This document shows positions 1-10,071 of a stretch of DNA of 64,000 nucleotides, in pieces. How positions within the stretch are numbered: position 1 is the first letter of the stretch; the number at the start of each line of letters is the position of its first letter. The translations under genes were made by a program, and so were the position numbers. The notes below the pieces were generated by a model. It was not told the DNA's origin. It worked only from the letters and a program-made list of their open reading frames with translations, and ran no database searches. Where the stretch lies: positions 66,224 through 130,223 of the forward strand of contig JBDTVZ010000003.1 of the NCBI GenBank assembly GCA_040006935.1. The letters run 5' to 3'. This DNA comes from Candidatus Dojkabacteria bacterium. GTDB taxonomy: Bacteria > Patescibacteriota > Dojkabacteria > J137.

Positions 1-2
1 AA

Positions 3-497
3 TATCAAGGTATAAGAGAGACTGAGGGAAGCGTAGAACTAATTGCAAGAACTAGCGTAAAGACAGAGATAAACAACCTAGAACAAAATTTAAGAAGCTG
101 GTTAAAAGCCTATAATCAACTTATTGGTTCATCCGAGATAAAGACCATAGAGCTAATAAAACTATCTCTACTATTGGTAGAAATCGTGAGTCCAAGATTA
201 CATCCATTTTATGATATGAATGGCACTATAGCTATGTACTTGGGCTTATACTACTCGGCTAAGAAATATGGTGAAGAAATAAAATTTGAACCGGATAATT
301 TTATAATGATTGGCAAGAAAGTGCTACAGGGTAATAAAATCGCATTAGGATTCTTTTCACTTTCACTGCTCAGGAATAATTTAATCAATACAGAATCATC
401 CCAATATTTCTTGAGAAAGTACTTTAAGCTCAATCAAACAGCATCTAATACCATAAACAGTTTCTTAAACTCTTTGAGAAAGAAATCCCGCAACTAG
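3..497 (+). CDS. 5'-truncated CDS; Fic/DOC-like protein with degenerate motif HPFYDMNGTIAM (canonical HPFx[DE]GNGRxxR)
   Basis: The reading frame is open from the window start in the same frame as ORF 174..497. The motif has both arginines and the central Gly replaced. Confidence 0.35.
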   Translation, partial: YQGIRETEGSVELIARTSVKTEINNLEQNLRSWLKAYNQLIGSSEIKTIELIKLSLLLVEIVSPRLHPFYDMNGTIAMYLGLYYSAKKYGEEIKFEPDNFIMIGKKVLQGNKIALGFFSLSLLRNNLINTESSQYFLRKYFKLNQTASNTINSFLNSLRKKSRN

Positions 498-515
498 TGC
501 GGGATAATATCTTTT
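483..515. terminator. Bidirectional hairpin (cccgcaactagtgcggg) with a T-run on both strands, between a convergent gene pair
   Basis: A 6-bp GC stem is followed by tttttt on the + strand and by a T-rich tract on the - strand. It lies between the stop of ORF 3..497 and the stop of rpoD. Confidence 0.45.
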
Positions 516-528
516 TTGAACTCAATTC

Positions 529-1809
529 TTAATTTAAATAGTCCTTCAAAGCCTGAGCAATCTCGTCACTCTTCATCCTCCGTAGGGCTTTAGCTTCAAT
601 CTGCCTAATTCTTTCTCTGGTAACATTAAACTCATGTCCTACTTCTTCCAAAGTTCTTGCAACTCCATCTCTCAATCCAAATCTTAATTCTAATACTTTT
701 CTCTCTCTATCCGAAAGTGTTGAAAGAATATCATTAATTTGTTTTTTAAGATAAGACCATGTTGCTAATTCCTGAGGTGAGGATGTAAATTCATCTGGAA
801 TAATGTCACTTAACGAACTACTATCACTCTCTCCTTCATTCATTGGAGCCTCTAGGCTTTGAGGTTTTTGAGCAATCTTAATAATCTCATTTACTTTATC
901 TACAGTTAGTTCCATTGCTTCTGCAATTTCTTTTGTAGAAGGCTTTCTTCCTAACTTAGATGCGAGTTGACTTGAGACTTTACTTAACTTATTAATAGTT
1001 TCAATCATGTGCACAGGAACTCTAATTGTTCTTGCTTGGTCTGCAATTGCTCTAGTTATAGCTTGTCTAATCCACCAAGTTGCGTAAGTTGAGAACTTAA
1101 ATCCTTTTCGATATTCAAATTTATCAACAGCTCTCATTAAACCAAGATTACCTTCTTGAATTAAATCCAAAAGGTCTAATCCTCTCTTTAGGTAATTCTT
1201 AGCTATGGAAACTACAAGCCTTAAGTTAGCAGTGGTTAATAAGTTTTTAGCTTCGATTCCTTCTTTAAGAGTCTTATTTAAGAATTTTTTATCCTTCTCT
1301 TCTAGTCTTTTTTTAGCAGCATCGATTACAGGATGTTTGATGATTTTCTTCGACATTAGCTTTTCAGCTTTATCATAAATTGGATCAGCCTTGTCCTCTG
1401 CTAATTTAGCAATAACTATAATGAATTCTTTTTCTGCTTCCTCTATTCTCTTTGCGAAAAAAACTTCTTCCTCGGCACTTAATAATGGGATTTTCCCAAT
1501 TTCATGAAGGTAAGCTCTGATTGGATCAGTACTTACATGAGATTTTATTTGCTTTAGAATTTTAATTTTTTCCTCAAAAGTCATTCTCGAAGATGTTGCA
1601 GCATCAAATGCATAAGTCGCAGAATCTGCTGGCTCAATAATTTCTACCTCAGCTTCCTGTAAAGTTGATACAATGTACTCTAGTAGCTGTAAATTATCCT
1701 CAATATCTGGAAAGACTTCTAAAATGTCATCCTGGGAAAGGTAACCTTGCTTTTTACCAAGTATTAAAAGGCCTTTTACCTTCTCTTTAGACTCAGATGA
1801 TATTGACAT
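529..1809 (-). CDS. rpoD: RNA polymerase sigma-70 factor RpoD
   Basis: Regions 2-4 motifs are present: [51 protein letters not shown]. The C-terminus has the region 4 helix-turn-helix. Confidence 0.93.
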   Translation of the reverse strand: MSISSESKEKVKGLLILGKKQGYLSQDDILEVFPDIEDNLQLLEYIVSTLQEAEVEIIEPADSATYAFDAATSSRMTFEEKIKILKQIKSHVSTDPIRAYLHEIGKIPLLSAEEEVFFAKRIEEAEKEFIIVIAKLAEDKADPIYDKAEKLMSKKIIKHPVIDAAKKRLEEKDKKFLNKTLKEGIEAKNLLTTANLRLVVSIAKNYLKRGLDLLDLIQEGNLGLMRAVDKFEYRKGFKFSTYATWWIRQAITRAIADQARTIRVPVHMIETINKLSKVSSQLASKLGRKPSTKEIAEAMELTVDKVNEIIKIAQKPQSLEAPMNEGESDSSSLSDIIPDEFTSSPQELATWSYLKKQINDILSTLSDRERKVLELRFGLRDGVARTLEEVGHEFNVTRERIRQIEAKALRRMKSDEIAQALKDYLN

Positions 1810-1854
1810 CAGTTCAAGTTAACAAATATGATATAGGGAGTGACTTAATTAGAA

Positions 1855-2730
1855 ATGAACTTATACAAAAATAAAAAAGAACAAAACAATTCATTAAGAA
1901 ACGAGCTTCAATACCTCGAGCTTAAAAACACTGACTTCTTTGCCAGGAAAGCTGTTCGGAATAATCGCATCACGCTCTCGAGTATTTTAACAAACTGTTA
2001 TAGTAAATTAAAAGATCTTGTACGTTCCTCTACTTTAGCCGGCATTATTATACCATCAATATTCGTAATCACAGGGTTTTTATTTATCTACCAACAGTTT
2101 TTCCCTGAAATTAAACAATTGATTGAGAAAAATTCAAACTATTTGGACCAAGGTAATATTTCTCCCGTAACTGATAAATATATAAATGTAAGTGAATATA
2201 TTTCAAATCCCTCTGGATTACCAGAACTAACTAAATCAGCATTAAAAGAAAATATCTTATTAAAAGACGATACAAGTTTAGCCTTTAACGAAACTTTTTA
2301 TATCTCTATTCCCTCTTTAGGAATGGATAAACTCCCTGTAACTCCTAATGTAGACAGTACAAGTGAATCAGCATACAATAGTGTTTTAACTAGTACACTA
2401 GCGCATTTTAAAAGTACTGGGTTACCAATATCACCAGTAGAAAATAATATTGTAATTTACGGACATAGTGCCAGCCCTAATTATGGTCCTAAACCAACCG
2501 ATCCTTATGTAGCATTCTCATTCTTACCAGACATTAAAGTCGGTGATGATATTTATATAGAAATGTCTGGTCAACAATTTCACTTTAAAACTTATAGAAA
2601 TAAAATCGTAGATCCAACAGATACTTCGATAATCACAGGTACAAAGGGAAGTAGAACACTTACTCTCTTCACATGTTTCCCATTAGGTAGTAATTCCCAA
2701 AGATTTATTTCAATAGCGAGAGAAGTTTGA
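1855..2730 (+). CDS. Sortase family transpeptidase
   Basis: A TLxTC catalytic Cys motif (TLTLFTCFP) is followed by a conserved Arg (RFISIA). An upstream GHS His motif and an N-terminal TM segment are present. Confidence 0.55.
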   Translation: MNLYKNKKEQNNSLRNELQYLELKNTDFFARKAVRNNRITLSSILTNCYSKLKDLVRSSTLAGIIIPSIFVITGFLFIYQQFFPEIKQLIEKNSNYLDQGNISPVTDKYINVSEYISNPSGLPELTKSALKENILLKDDTSLAFNETFYISIPSLGMDKLPVTPNVDSTSESAYNSVLTSTLAHFKSTGLPISPVENNIVIYGHSASPNYGPKPTDPYVAFSFLPDIKVGDDIYIEMSGQQFHFKTYRNKIVDPTDTSIITGTKGSRTLTLFTCFPLGSNSQRFISIAREV

Positions 2731-2758
2731 AGCTCATAATTGGCAAAATCCCGTACTG

Positions 2759-3250
2759 ATGATAAAATCCCTTCATATTAATCTATTTCAAATGCTAGAT
2801 AACGATAACGAAACTCTTGAAAATTCAATAGGTGATTCTAAAATCTTCACCTCAGATGAAATTGGGCAAATTACACATATTTTTAGACAAGGTCGATCGA
2901 AACTGATTGATCTACTAACCTATTTCATTCTTGACAAAGAAATAATAGAAGAATTGGTGGAGGAAGTTAACTTTGATAGCATTAGGAATTTAGTTTTAGA
3001 AGAATTAAGCAAAATGTCACCAAAGGAGAAAGAAGATGCAGCCGAAAAGATGAGAGAATTTAGGGATACATTTGGTTCGAAACTACGAGAGGTTGATACA
3101 ATAAGAAAAAATGTATATGCTAGAGAAAATATAAAGAGTAGATATAGCGATGAAACCTTTCACGAAGGGACAACTGCATGGTTACTAGAAAGGATTCTAT
3201 TTGAGCTCTCTACCGAAATAATTGATTTGAGTAATTCAGAGCTCTCTTGA
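2759..3250 (+). CDS. Hypothetical protein
   Basis: ORF only; acidic and helical, with no recognisable motif. Confidence 0.3.
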   Translation: MIKSLHINLFQMLDNDNETLENSIGDSKIFTSDEIGQITHIFRQGRSKLIDLLTYFILDKEIIEELVEEVNFDSIRNLVLEELSKMSPKEKEDAAEKMREFRDTFGSKLREVDTIRKNVYARENIKSRYSDETFHEGTTAWLLERILFELSTEIIDLSNSELS

Positions 3251-3366
3251 AAGTAATTATAAGCCACACTACTCATTCACTCAGCATTTAATCCAGGCCG
3301 TGTTACAGCCTATTCAGCTCAGTGTCATTGTGAGACATCGTCGTAGTAATGGCACTGTTTAAACTA

Positions 3367-4125
3367 TTACTTAATAAAATATTTACCCAACCATTTTTTC
3401 ATAAACGGCACTTCCATAAACTTTGCCACACCATAGAAAGCAACATTTAGTTCGCCCCAACCAATTAAAGCAGAAATTGATATTTCTAGGATTTTTCCTG
3501 ATGGAACATTGGTAATTGAGTATAGAATAATTCTGCTATTTAGTATTTCCCAAGCCAAACCTGTTAACAAACCAGCTAAAAATGGAGCAAAGAAAGTTAA
3601 AAATTTACCTTGAAATGTGTCAGAAAGAAAATTTTCTACATCAAAGATTGATAAAATAGACCCTGTTAACAGCGTAGCAAAAAATAGAAGAATAGGTATA
3701 AACCAAACATCAACCACTCCTCCTCTCTGGAGTTGATAAATTGAGACAATTATTGTTCCGATTACACTTACAATAAGAAGAAGCCAATAAACTATTTTAT
3801 TAGGATTTGGTAATTTGATAAAGCTCAATTTTCTAAGTTGACCCTCTACCCACAGTGTTGTTTCTAGAATAAAAGGCACAGAAACTATATAAGCAAAGAT
3901 TAAGATGAAAATTAAGTATTCCGCAGGAGCAGAAATAGGATATTCCCAAAGTTTAAACATTAAAACACCAAAAATATCTGAAATTATTCCTCCGACAAGC
4001 CCTAAAATAATACTTAGAAATACATAGTTCTTGTAACTAAACTTCTTAAAGAATAATTTCTGAGAGATAAATGCCCAGCCAAACAAATATACTGCATGAA
4101 GAAAAACGATAAAAGGGTATTCCAT
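3367..4125 (-). CDS. Polytopic membrane protein, unknown function
   Basis: Multiple hydrophobic helices; no motif recognised. Confidence 0.4.
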   Translation of the reverse strand: MEYPFIVFLHAVYLFGWAFISQKLFFKKFSYKNYVFLSIILGLVGGIISDIFGVLMFKLWEYPISAPAEYLIFILIFAYIVSVPFILETTLWVEGQLRKLSFIKLPNPNKIVYWLLLIVSVIGTIIVSIYQLQRGGVVDVWFIPILLFFATLLTGSILSIFDVENFLSDTFQGKFLTFFAPFLAGLLTGLAWEILNSRIILYSITNVPSGKILEISISALIGWGELNVAFYGVAKFMEVPFMKKWLGKYFIK

Positions 4126-4171
4126 ATAGAATAATTAACAGTTTTATAATTAATAGATTATACAGTTATAG

Positions 4172-4210
4172 AAATAAAAAATGAAGATAATCTTTTCAAA
4201 TTATCTTCAT
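4172..4210 (-). terminator. Rho-independent terminator downstream of ftsZ
   Basis: A 9-bp stem (gaagataat/attatcttc) is followed on the - strand by TTTTTTATTT. Confidence 0.55.
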
Positions 4211-4238
4211 TTACTCATTCTCTCATTTACTAATTTAA

Positions 4239-5405
4239 TTATTCATTCCCGTAATCCTTTCTTCTTCTCAAAAAGCTTGGCAAAGATTCCAAATCATCCT
4301 CACTATCCGCAACTGGAGCTTGTCTTTGAAGATTACCCATCATATTAGGAGATCTTACTTCAGGTTTCTTAACAAAACTTGAAGCATTACTATTTGATGA
4401 CGAAGAAGACTCTCCTGGTCTATTCATTGCAATGAATTCACCAGTGTTATAGTCCATATCAAATCCGCAGGCTAATACAGTTACTTCAAATTTATCTTCA
4501 TAAGAAGGATCAATACTTGCTCCAAAAATAAATGTCGCATCTGGATTAATTTTATCTTTAATAATTTCCGCAGCGGAAGATATTTCTAACATTCCTAAGT
4601 CTTTTCCACCGATTACATTGAATAGGACTCCTTTTGCTCCGTCGATTGAAACCTCCAGTAAAGGACTTTCAATTGCTTGTTTTGCTGCCATTGCTGCTCT
4701 ATTTTCACCAGATGCTTGTCCAATTCCCATCAAAGCAGTTCCTCCATCAGCCATTACAGATTTAACATCTGCAAAGTCTACATTGATTAAACCAGTTTGA
4801 GTAATTAAATTCGAAATACTTTTAACAGCTTGTGCTAAAACGTCATCTGCTCTCTTCATTGCATCTAGGAAAGATACATTTTTATCTAAAGATTCTAAAA
4901 GCTTTTGGTTAGGAACTACAATTAATGTATCTACTTTATCTCTTAGTTCCTCAATTCCCTTCAAAGCTGAGTCCATCCTTCTTTTCATTTCGAAGTGGAA
5001 TGGTTTAGTTACAACTCCAACAGTTAATGCTCCTAAATTTTTTGCAATTCCTGCTACTATTGGTGCTGCCCCAGTACCAGTTCCACCACCCATTCCTGCT
5101 GTGATAAAAACCATATCTGCTCCAGCCATATGTTCATGAATTTGATCCACACTCTCTTCGGCAGCTTTTCTTCCAATTACTGGATTTCCTCCACTTCCTA
5201 AACCTCTTGTAATTTGCTCTCCAATTCTTAACTTTGTATCTGCTTTGGAACTTAACAATGCTTGTGCATCTGTATTAACAGCAATAAATTCAACATCTTG
5301 AATGTTGTACTCAGAAACCATTGTATTAAGGGCGTTTCCTCCTCCTCCTCCGACTCCAACAACTTTAATTTTTGCGCTTAGCGATGCTTGGGGTTTAACT
5401 AACAT
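4239..5405 (-). CDS. ftsZ: Cell division GTPase FtsZ
   Basis: Tubulin signature GGGTGTGAAP. The N-terminus reads VVGVGGGGGNALNTM. The C-terminal tail is disordered. Confidence 0.95.
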   Translation of the reverse strand: MLVKPQASLSAKIKVVGVGGGGGNALNTMVSEYNIQDVEFIAVNTDAQALLSSKADTKLRIGEQITRGLGSGGNPVIGRKAAEESVDQIHEHMAGADMVFITAGMGGGTGTGAAPIVAGIAKNLGALTVGVVTKPFHFEMKRRMDSALKGIEELRDKVDTLIVVPNQKLLESLDKNVSFLDAMKRADDVLAQAVKSISNLITQTGLINVDFADVKSVMADGGTALMGIGQASGENRAAMAAKQAIESPLLEVSIDGAKGVLFNVIGGKDLGMLEISSAAEIIKDKINPDATFIFGASIDPSYEDKFEVTVLACGFDMDYNTGEFIAMNRPGESSSSSNSNASSFVKKPEVRSPNMMGNLQRQAPVADSEDDLESLPSFLRRRKDYGNE

Positions 5406-5699
5406 ATGATCAAAAGTTTAAATGTAAGGATAAGTAACTATAATACTAAATTACTTATGTCTAAAATGCAAGTAAAATATGTACTCAGGTGGGCTTTAAA
5501 TGATCACAGAGTTTGAACTTTTGAAAATACTCTACCACATTAGTATATATTTAAAGGGTTAGAATGAGTAATAAGTTAATACAATTCAACTAGCCCTGAA
5601 ATTCACCCTCTCTCTTTTAAGCTGCCGACCGGCAAGGCAGATTTCAATGACACTTATTCTTTTAAGAATTGATTATTGATGTTTGGTATTGGTTATTCC

Positions 5700-7013
5700 T
5701 TACGGTGCTAATGTCTTGAAGATTCCAGTAATTCGTCCTAATAGCCCTCCTGTTGGAGATGAAGTCCTCTTTTTATTTACAGATCCTCCAGTTGAATATC
5801 TGGAACTATCACCTCTTGCGACTTCATCGTTTAATGCATAAAGGATTAACCCTTGTGCTGCTGAAAATGCTGGTGTTGCAAGCCCTTCTACTAACCCTTC
5901 CAATCCTTTTGGATTTCCTACTCTTGCTGGGACTCCGAATGCTTTTTTAGCCATGTTTGCAAGTCCAGGGATTTGTGAAGATCCTCCTGTTATGACTATT
6001 CCAGCTGGGAGTTTAAATTCATAGCCTGCTTGGTCAATGTTTTGAATAACTAATTCGAAGATCTCGCTTACTCTCTCTTCTACAATCACGTTAAATAATT
6101 TTCTTGAGATAGTCTTAATTCCTTCTATTCCTAGTGAACTTACATCTATAATATCTTTCTTTTTCTCTTCAGAATCATCTTCATCTTCTTCGTCTCTGGA
6201 TTTCGACTTTGTTCCAATACCCTCTACTCCTTTGAATAATGCTCCGGCATTTATTTTCACTTTTTCTGCTTCATCCAAAGACAATCTTAATCCTGCTGCT
6301 AAATCTCTTGTAATATTGCTACCACCAAAAGAGATTGATGTGCTGTAAGTAACTTCATCTTCTACAAATGTTGTAATAGAAACTGTCCCTCCACCTATAT
6401 CTAATAGAAGTACACCTAATTCTTTTTCTGTTGGTGTTAACACTGAATGTGATGCCGCCCAACCGGTGAATACAATTCCATCTAGTTTAAGACCAATGCT
6501 TTGTATACACTTTTCTAAGTTATGTTTTGCTGTTACTGGAACAGAAATAATATGCGAATCTACCTCTAACCTTGTACCAGTCATTCCTAGTGGGACTTTA
6601 ATTCCAGTTTGTTGATCTACAATGAATTCTCTTGGGATTAAATGAATAATTTCTCTAGATTGAGGGATGGCGACTGTTTTTGCCTGTTCTAATGCTCTAA
6701 ATACATCGTCTTCTGTGATTTCTGTGTCAGAAATTGCTACTACACCTTTATTATTATTAGAAAGAATTTGTTTTCCATTTATAGTTACATATGCGGAGGA
6801 AACCGTTAATCCAGCCATTCTCTCTGCTCCACTTAACGAAGAAGCAATTGAATTGATAGCTTCGTCAATTCCGGTAATTTCACCTTTCTTAATTCCATGT
6901 GCTGGGTAAGAAGCCTCTCCTATAACCTTAGCTTTCCCTTCCTCGTCAACTAAAGCTATGATTGTGCACACTTTTGTAGATCCGATATCAATTGCTGTTA
7001 TTATATTTGCCAT
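5700..7013 (-). CDS. ftsA: Cell division protein FtsA (actin-like ATPase)
   Basis: The N-terminus IAIDIGSTKVCT has an actin-fold phosphate 1 motif and conserved FtsA blocks. It lies directly upstream of ftsZ. Confidence 0.9.
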   Translation of the reverse strand: MANIITAIDIGSTKVCTIIALVDEEGKAKVIGEASYPAHGIKKGEITGIDEAINSIASSLSGAERMAGLTVSSAYVTINGKQILSNNNKGVVAISDTEITEDDVFRALEQAKTVAIPQSREIIHLIPREFIVDQQTGIKVPLGMTGTRLEVDSHIISVPVTAKHNLEKCIQSIGLKLDGIVFTGWAASHSVLTPTEKELGVLLLDIGGGTVSITTFVEDEVTYSTSISFGGSNITRDLAAGLRLSLDEAEKVKINAGALFKGVEGIGTKSKSRDEEDEDDSEEKKKDIIDVSSLGIEGIKTISRKLFNVIVEERVSEIFELVIQNIDQAGYEFKLPAGIVITGGSSQIPGLANMAKKAFGVPARVGNPKGLEGLVEGLATPAFSAAQGLILYALNDEVARGDSSRYSTGGSVNKKRTSSPTGGLLGRITGIFKTLAP

Positions 7014-7194
7014 AGAATCTCTTTAACTTAAATTAAATGTTATTTCTATATTTTAACAGATTTATTGTTATTTAATAACATTACTGATTAAAAGTACATA
7101 ACGTTAAAACGTTGGAAATTTAGAACGTTATAAAGATTACCTCAACGTTTCCAATATTACAACTTTTAATTTTGTAACTTTTCAACGTGGGTTG
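7014..7194. promoter_or_regulatory. ftsA upstream region with four AACGTT palindromes and the motif TACATAACGTTAAAACGTT
   Basis: Repeated AACGTT hexamers are seen directly. A near-identical TACATAACGTT(T)AAAC word recurs at about 49722 in the sodA/apbE divergent region. Confidence 0.35.
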
Positions 7195-8253
7195 TTAAAT
7201 TCCAGAATATTTTTCTGTTCTAAAGTCTATTATGCTTAAGTTATTATACTCTCCACTAGAAATTAGTACATTTAAATCTCTAACCTGATCTAATGCTGGC
7301 CTACGTGGATAAAACAAAAGTTGTTTCCCTGTATCAGTATCAAATACAAAAGTATCCCCTGCTCGGTAATCAATATCAATAATATTTAATGGTATTTTCA
7401 AAATAAGTTCTTGTATTTTTAGAACGAACTCTATGCTTGTTTCGCTCACCTCCTCCCCTATTCCCGTTTTATCCAGAAGCCTTACTAAATCTGAGTAGAC
7501 TGATTGTGATACTACGGCTTGTGCTTGTTCAAAATATGCATTTATTTTTCCTTGTGCTTCACTTTTAAACATATCTATATATCTGTCTTTATCTTCTTTT
7601 GTTGCTTTAGACCAAAGATTCCCTGCGTCAATATTAGCTTGGTCTTCTTCAAATCTTTTTTTAACTGAAGGATCGTCTTCTTTAAGTTTTCCGTCTAGAG
7701 CTGATGATTCTTGTCCTGTGAGTTCTATTTTTGGTGCTGGCAAACTTCCCACTTCCATTGCCCTATTATTTAGAAGGCTTATTTTGTCCTTTGAAACTAC
7801 TACTACTACTGGAGTACTTTCTACAATATCTACTTTTATTAATCCTGTAATATCTTTAGAAACATATACGGCTAACACTTCTCCATACTTACTTTTTATG
7901 AGATTTTCTATTTCGCCAGGACGAATTTTTAAAATATTCTTACCCTTATAAACATCTAAAAGATTTAGAATATCTTTACTATCGACTCTAACAATACCTA
8001 CTATTTGAATATCTTGGACTAAAAATATTTTATCATTATTAAATAAGAAGATTCCGAATCCAGCGATAATGATAACTATTGCCATTAGGAAATATTTTTT
8101 AAGCGATCCTATTTTATCTGCAACATCTCCTGCCATATCTTTCAGAAGCAGTTTTCTCCTTTGCTTTTTATAATCAATTTTTGGTTCTTTATTCCTTCCA
8201 AACATACAACTCATATTACACGAGCATGAAGATGAAGTCATGATGAATATCAT
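7195..8253 (-). CDS. ftsQ: Cell division protein FtsQ/DivIB-like (POTRA domain)
   Basis: A short basic cytoplasmic tail and a single TM are followed by a POTRA-like beta region. The position upstream of ftsA-ftsZ matches the usual gene order. The listed ORF extends to 8358, but those extra 35 codons lie in a GC-rich repeat element and are probably not translated. Confidence 0.55.
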   Translation of the reverse strand: MIFIMTSSSCSCNMSCMFGRNKEPKIDYKKQRRKLLLKDMAGDVADKIGSLKKYFLMAIVIIIAGFGIFLFNNDKIFLVQDIQIVGIVRVDSKDILNLLDVYKGKNILKIRPGEIENLIKSKYGEVLAVYVSKDITGLIKVDIVESTPVVVVVSKDKISLLNNRAMEVGSLPAPKIELTGQESSALDGKLKEDDPSVKKRFEEDQANIDAGNLWSKATKEDKDRYIDMFKSEAQGKINAYFEQAQAVVSQSVYSDLVRLLDKTGIGEEVSETSIEFVLKIQELILKIPLNIIDIDYRAGDTFVFDTDTGKQLLFYPRRPALDQVRDLNVLISSGEYNNLSIIDFRTEKYSGI

Positions 8254-8462
8254 ATGTACAGGCCTGCCCTGAGCGTAGCCGAAGGGCTGAGATGTTTGGA
8301 GTATTTGCCCAGCTGTAAAATCCCCCGGCACTCCTGCCTGCCTCTGGCATGGTTGCAAAGGGAGAATTCCTCCTTTTTAAAGGAGGTGGCCAGCTTTAGC
8401 TGGACGGAGGATTTCTACCGCACCGAAAGCATGACAAAGATTTTGTGCGGTCCTTATTGGTA
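8254..8462. repeat. GC-rich repeat element copy A (core ctcctgcctgcctctggcatgg at 8331-8352) with several internal hairpins
   Basis: The segment is strongly GC-rich against the AT-rich genome. It shares the CTTGCCTGCC..TGGCATGG core with copies at 10303-10343 and 15535-15563. It contains the hairpins cctccttt/aaaggagg, ccagct/agctgg and ccgcac../gtgcgg. Confidence 0.6.
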
Positions 8463-8463
8463 A

Positions 8464-8490
8464 TAAAAAAAAAGACCCTCACGGGTCTTC
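8464..8490 (-). terminator. rpsO rho-independent terminator (bidirectional)
   Basis: The hairpin agaccc-tcac-gggtct is followed on the - strand by nine T. Confidence 0.7.
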
Positions 8491-8509
8491 TTTAAAATTC
8501 TTAATATAC

Positions 8510-8800
8510 TTAAATTCCTAATTCTTTAAAAGTTTTAGTAACTTTAGCTTGATCTTCAACAGTTCTTTCTACATATTTAATCAATCTTCTTCTGTCTCCA
8601 ACCAACTTCAATAGACCTCTTCTAGAGTGCTTATCTTTTTTATTAGTCTTTAAATGACTAGATAAATACTTAATTCTCTCTGTTAACAAAGCGATTTGTA
8701 CAAGAGGAGATCCAGTATCTTTATCATGTTCTCCATACTTCTTAATTAACTCAGTTTTTTGAGTTTTATCTTTGTTGAAATTTGACTTCTTACTTGACAT
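8510..8800 (-). CDS. rpsO: 30S ribosomal protein S15
   Basis: S15 signature [38 protein letters not shown]. Confidence 0.88.
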   Translation of the reverse strand: MSSKKSNFNKDKTQKTELIKKYGEHDKDTGSPLVQIALLTERIKYLSSHLKTNKKDKHSRRGLLKLVGDRRRLIKYVERTVEDQAKVTKTFKELGI

Positions 8801-8854
8801 ATCTTAATTCGGAATTAAATAATGGTTATATTATAGTACAAAAGACTTTATTAA

Positions 8855-9061
8855 TCAATCAGGTAAGTCATCTTTATCTTCCCCTCTATTTGTTAACCTT
8901 GAAAACAGATTTTGAGCGCTGTCTTTAAAAGTTAAGGCCGATTTCACTGTTGAACGTACTGCTTTGTAATCTGAAAGAGTAAGGTCAGTAAGCTCTGATA
9001 CGTTCTGCACAGGTTTTCTAACATCCTCCAACATTGCTGTGACTTTGTTAATAAGCCTCAT
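8855..9061 (-). CDS. Hypothetical small protein (a hydrophobic stretch is encoded in-frame upstream with no ATG)
   Basis: ORF only. The frame stays open upstream and encodes ILLTLAIAFAIAGISFAI, so a non-ATG start is possible. Confidence 0.3.
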   Translation of the reverse strand: MRLINKVTAMLEDVRKPVQNVSELTDLTLSDYKAVRSTVKSALTFKDSAQNLFSRLTNRGEDKDDLPD

Positions 9062-9269
9062 TATTGCGAAGGAAATCCCAGCTATTGCGAAAGCAATGGC
9101 TAGAGTTAGTAATATTTTTACAAAATCGTCTGTAGGTATAATATTTTTTAGGATAATATGTTAAATTCTCTCTTATTATTATATTTTTTTAATCTTAATT
9201 AAGCAAGGAATTAATTGACAAAATAGCCAATTTAGCTATAATTATTCTACTTACGTTAACTACTCGCAT

Positions 9270-9656
9270 ATGCATAAAAATAAAGATGGAAAAGTAACAG
9301 CGTCACTTACTGAAGTTAAAAATAGAACGGGAGACATTTTTGCACTTGTTGATGAATTCGGAGAGGTATATTTAACTTCGTATAATAAGGTTAGGTATAA
9401 GATTACCAAAACAGATATTGCTGATTATATTGATCTGAAGGATTCTCCTACTAAAACAGAAAAGAAAGAAGTTAAGAAAGTTATTAAACAGGATAAATCG
9501 ATCACACAGGAAGAATTAAGACCAAAAGTTGTGACAGAAGGGTCTGCTGTGAACAATGTTTTAAGCAAAATATCTAAGGTTTTACCTTGGGATAGAGATA
9601 ATAAAATGGAAAGAAAATTTGCAGATAATGCAAGAAGTCCTTTAGTTAGTAATTAA
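9270..9656 (+). CDS. Phd/YefM-family type II antitoxin-like protein with an extended charged C-terminus
   Basis: The N-terminus SLTEVKNRTGDIFALVDEFGEVYLTSYNKVRYKI fits the Phd/YefM fold pattern. It sits immediately upstream of a PIN-domain gene. Confidence 0.5.
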   Translation: MHKNKDGKVTASLTEVKNRTGDIFALVDEFGEVYLTSYNKVRYKITKTDIADYIDLKDSPTKTEKKEVKKVIKQDKSITQEELRPKVVTEGSAVNNVLSKISKVLPWDRDNKMERKFADNARSPLVSN

Positions 9657-9673
9657 ATATTAATGTTAATAAT

Positions 9674-10048
9674 ATGAAAGAAGTTGTATTAGTTGATACT
9701 GGAATAATTGTAGAGTATCTAAGAACAGGCAAAGGCGTACTCCCCTCTGCTTATGAGAGCTATGAGATGGTAATATCTGCATCAACTTACACTGAGCTTT
9801 TAGCAAGTAAAACTTTTGAAGATGAGGCTTTAAAAAAAGAAGTGTTGGAATTTTGTGAGAAGTACTTCTCTATTAAGGATGTTACAGCTGAAATTGCTAT
9901 GAAGGCAGCTGAGGTTTTAAGAAATGCAGAGGTAACTCTTGCAACTGCATATATTGCAGCAACAGCCTTGGAGCATAATATTAAAGTATTAACTGATGAT
10001 CAGAAGAAATTTAGTGAAGTCTCAGGACTTATCTTCATGAATATGTAA
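9674..10048 (+). CDS. vapC: PIN-domain ribonuclease toxin (VapC-like)
   Basis: The N-terminal VLVDTGIIVEYL carries the PIN first acidic residue. A conserved C-terminal LTDDQKF Asp is present. Size is about 124 aa. Confidence 0.6.
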   Translation: MKEVVLVDTGIIVEYLRTGKGVLPSAYESYEMVISASTYTELLASKTFEDEALKKEVLEFCEKYFSIKDVTAEIAMKAAEVLRNAEVTLATAYIAATALEHNIKVLTDDQKKFSEVSGLIFMNM

Positions 10049-10071
10049 CTAGATTATTGAACAAGATTTTA

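Noticed and set aside
4618-4800. Short antisense ORFs inside ftsZ, ftsA, ftsQ, ABC transporter, uvrD, argS, dnaN and others (e.g. 4618..4800, 5753..5950, 6667..6909, 11568..11927, 27155..27638, 33518..34705, 58578..58949)
   Set aside because: They are embedded antisense to strongly supported conserved genes, have no motifs, and show the compositional bias of the opposite strand.
8254-8462. Possibility that the GC-rich elements are RNase P RNA, tmRNA, SRP RNA or 6S RNA
   Set aside because: None of the universally conserved motifs are present. These would be GGAAAGUCCGGGC/ACAGAAACCCGGCUUA for RNase P, the tRNA-like ends and tag ORF of tmRNA, and AGGUCCGGAAGGAAGCAGC for SRP.
8254-8463. 69-aa ORF (+) and the 35-codon N-terminal extension of the ftsQ ORF (-)
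   Set aside because: Both are encoded by GC repeat copy A. The FtsQ-like conserved sequence begins downstream near MIFIM/MFGRN, so the extension is probably not translated.
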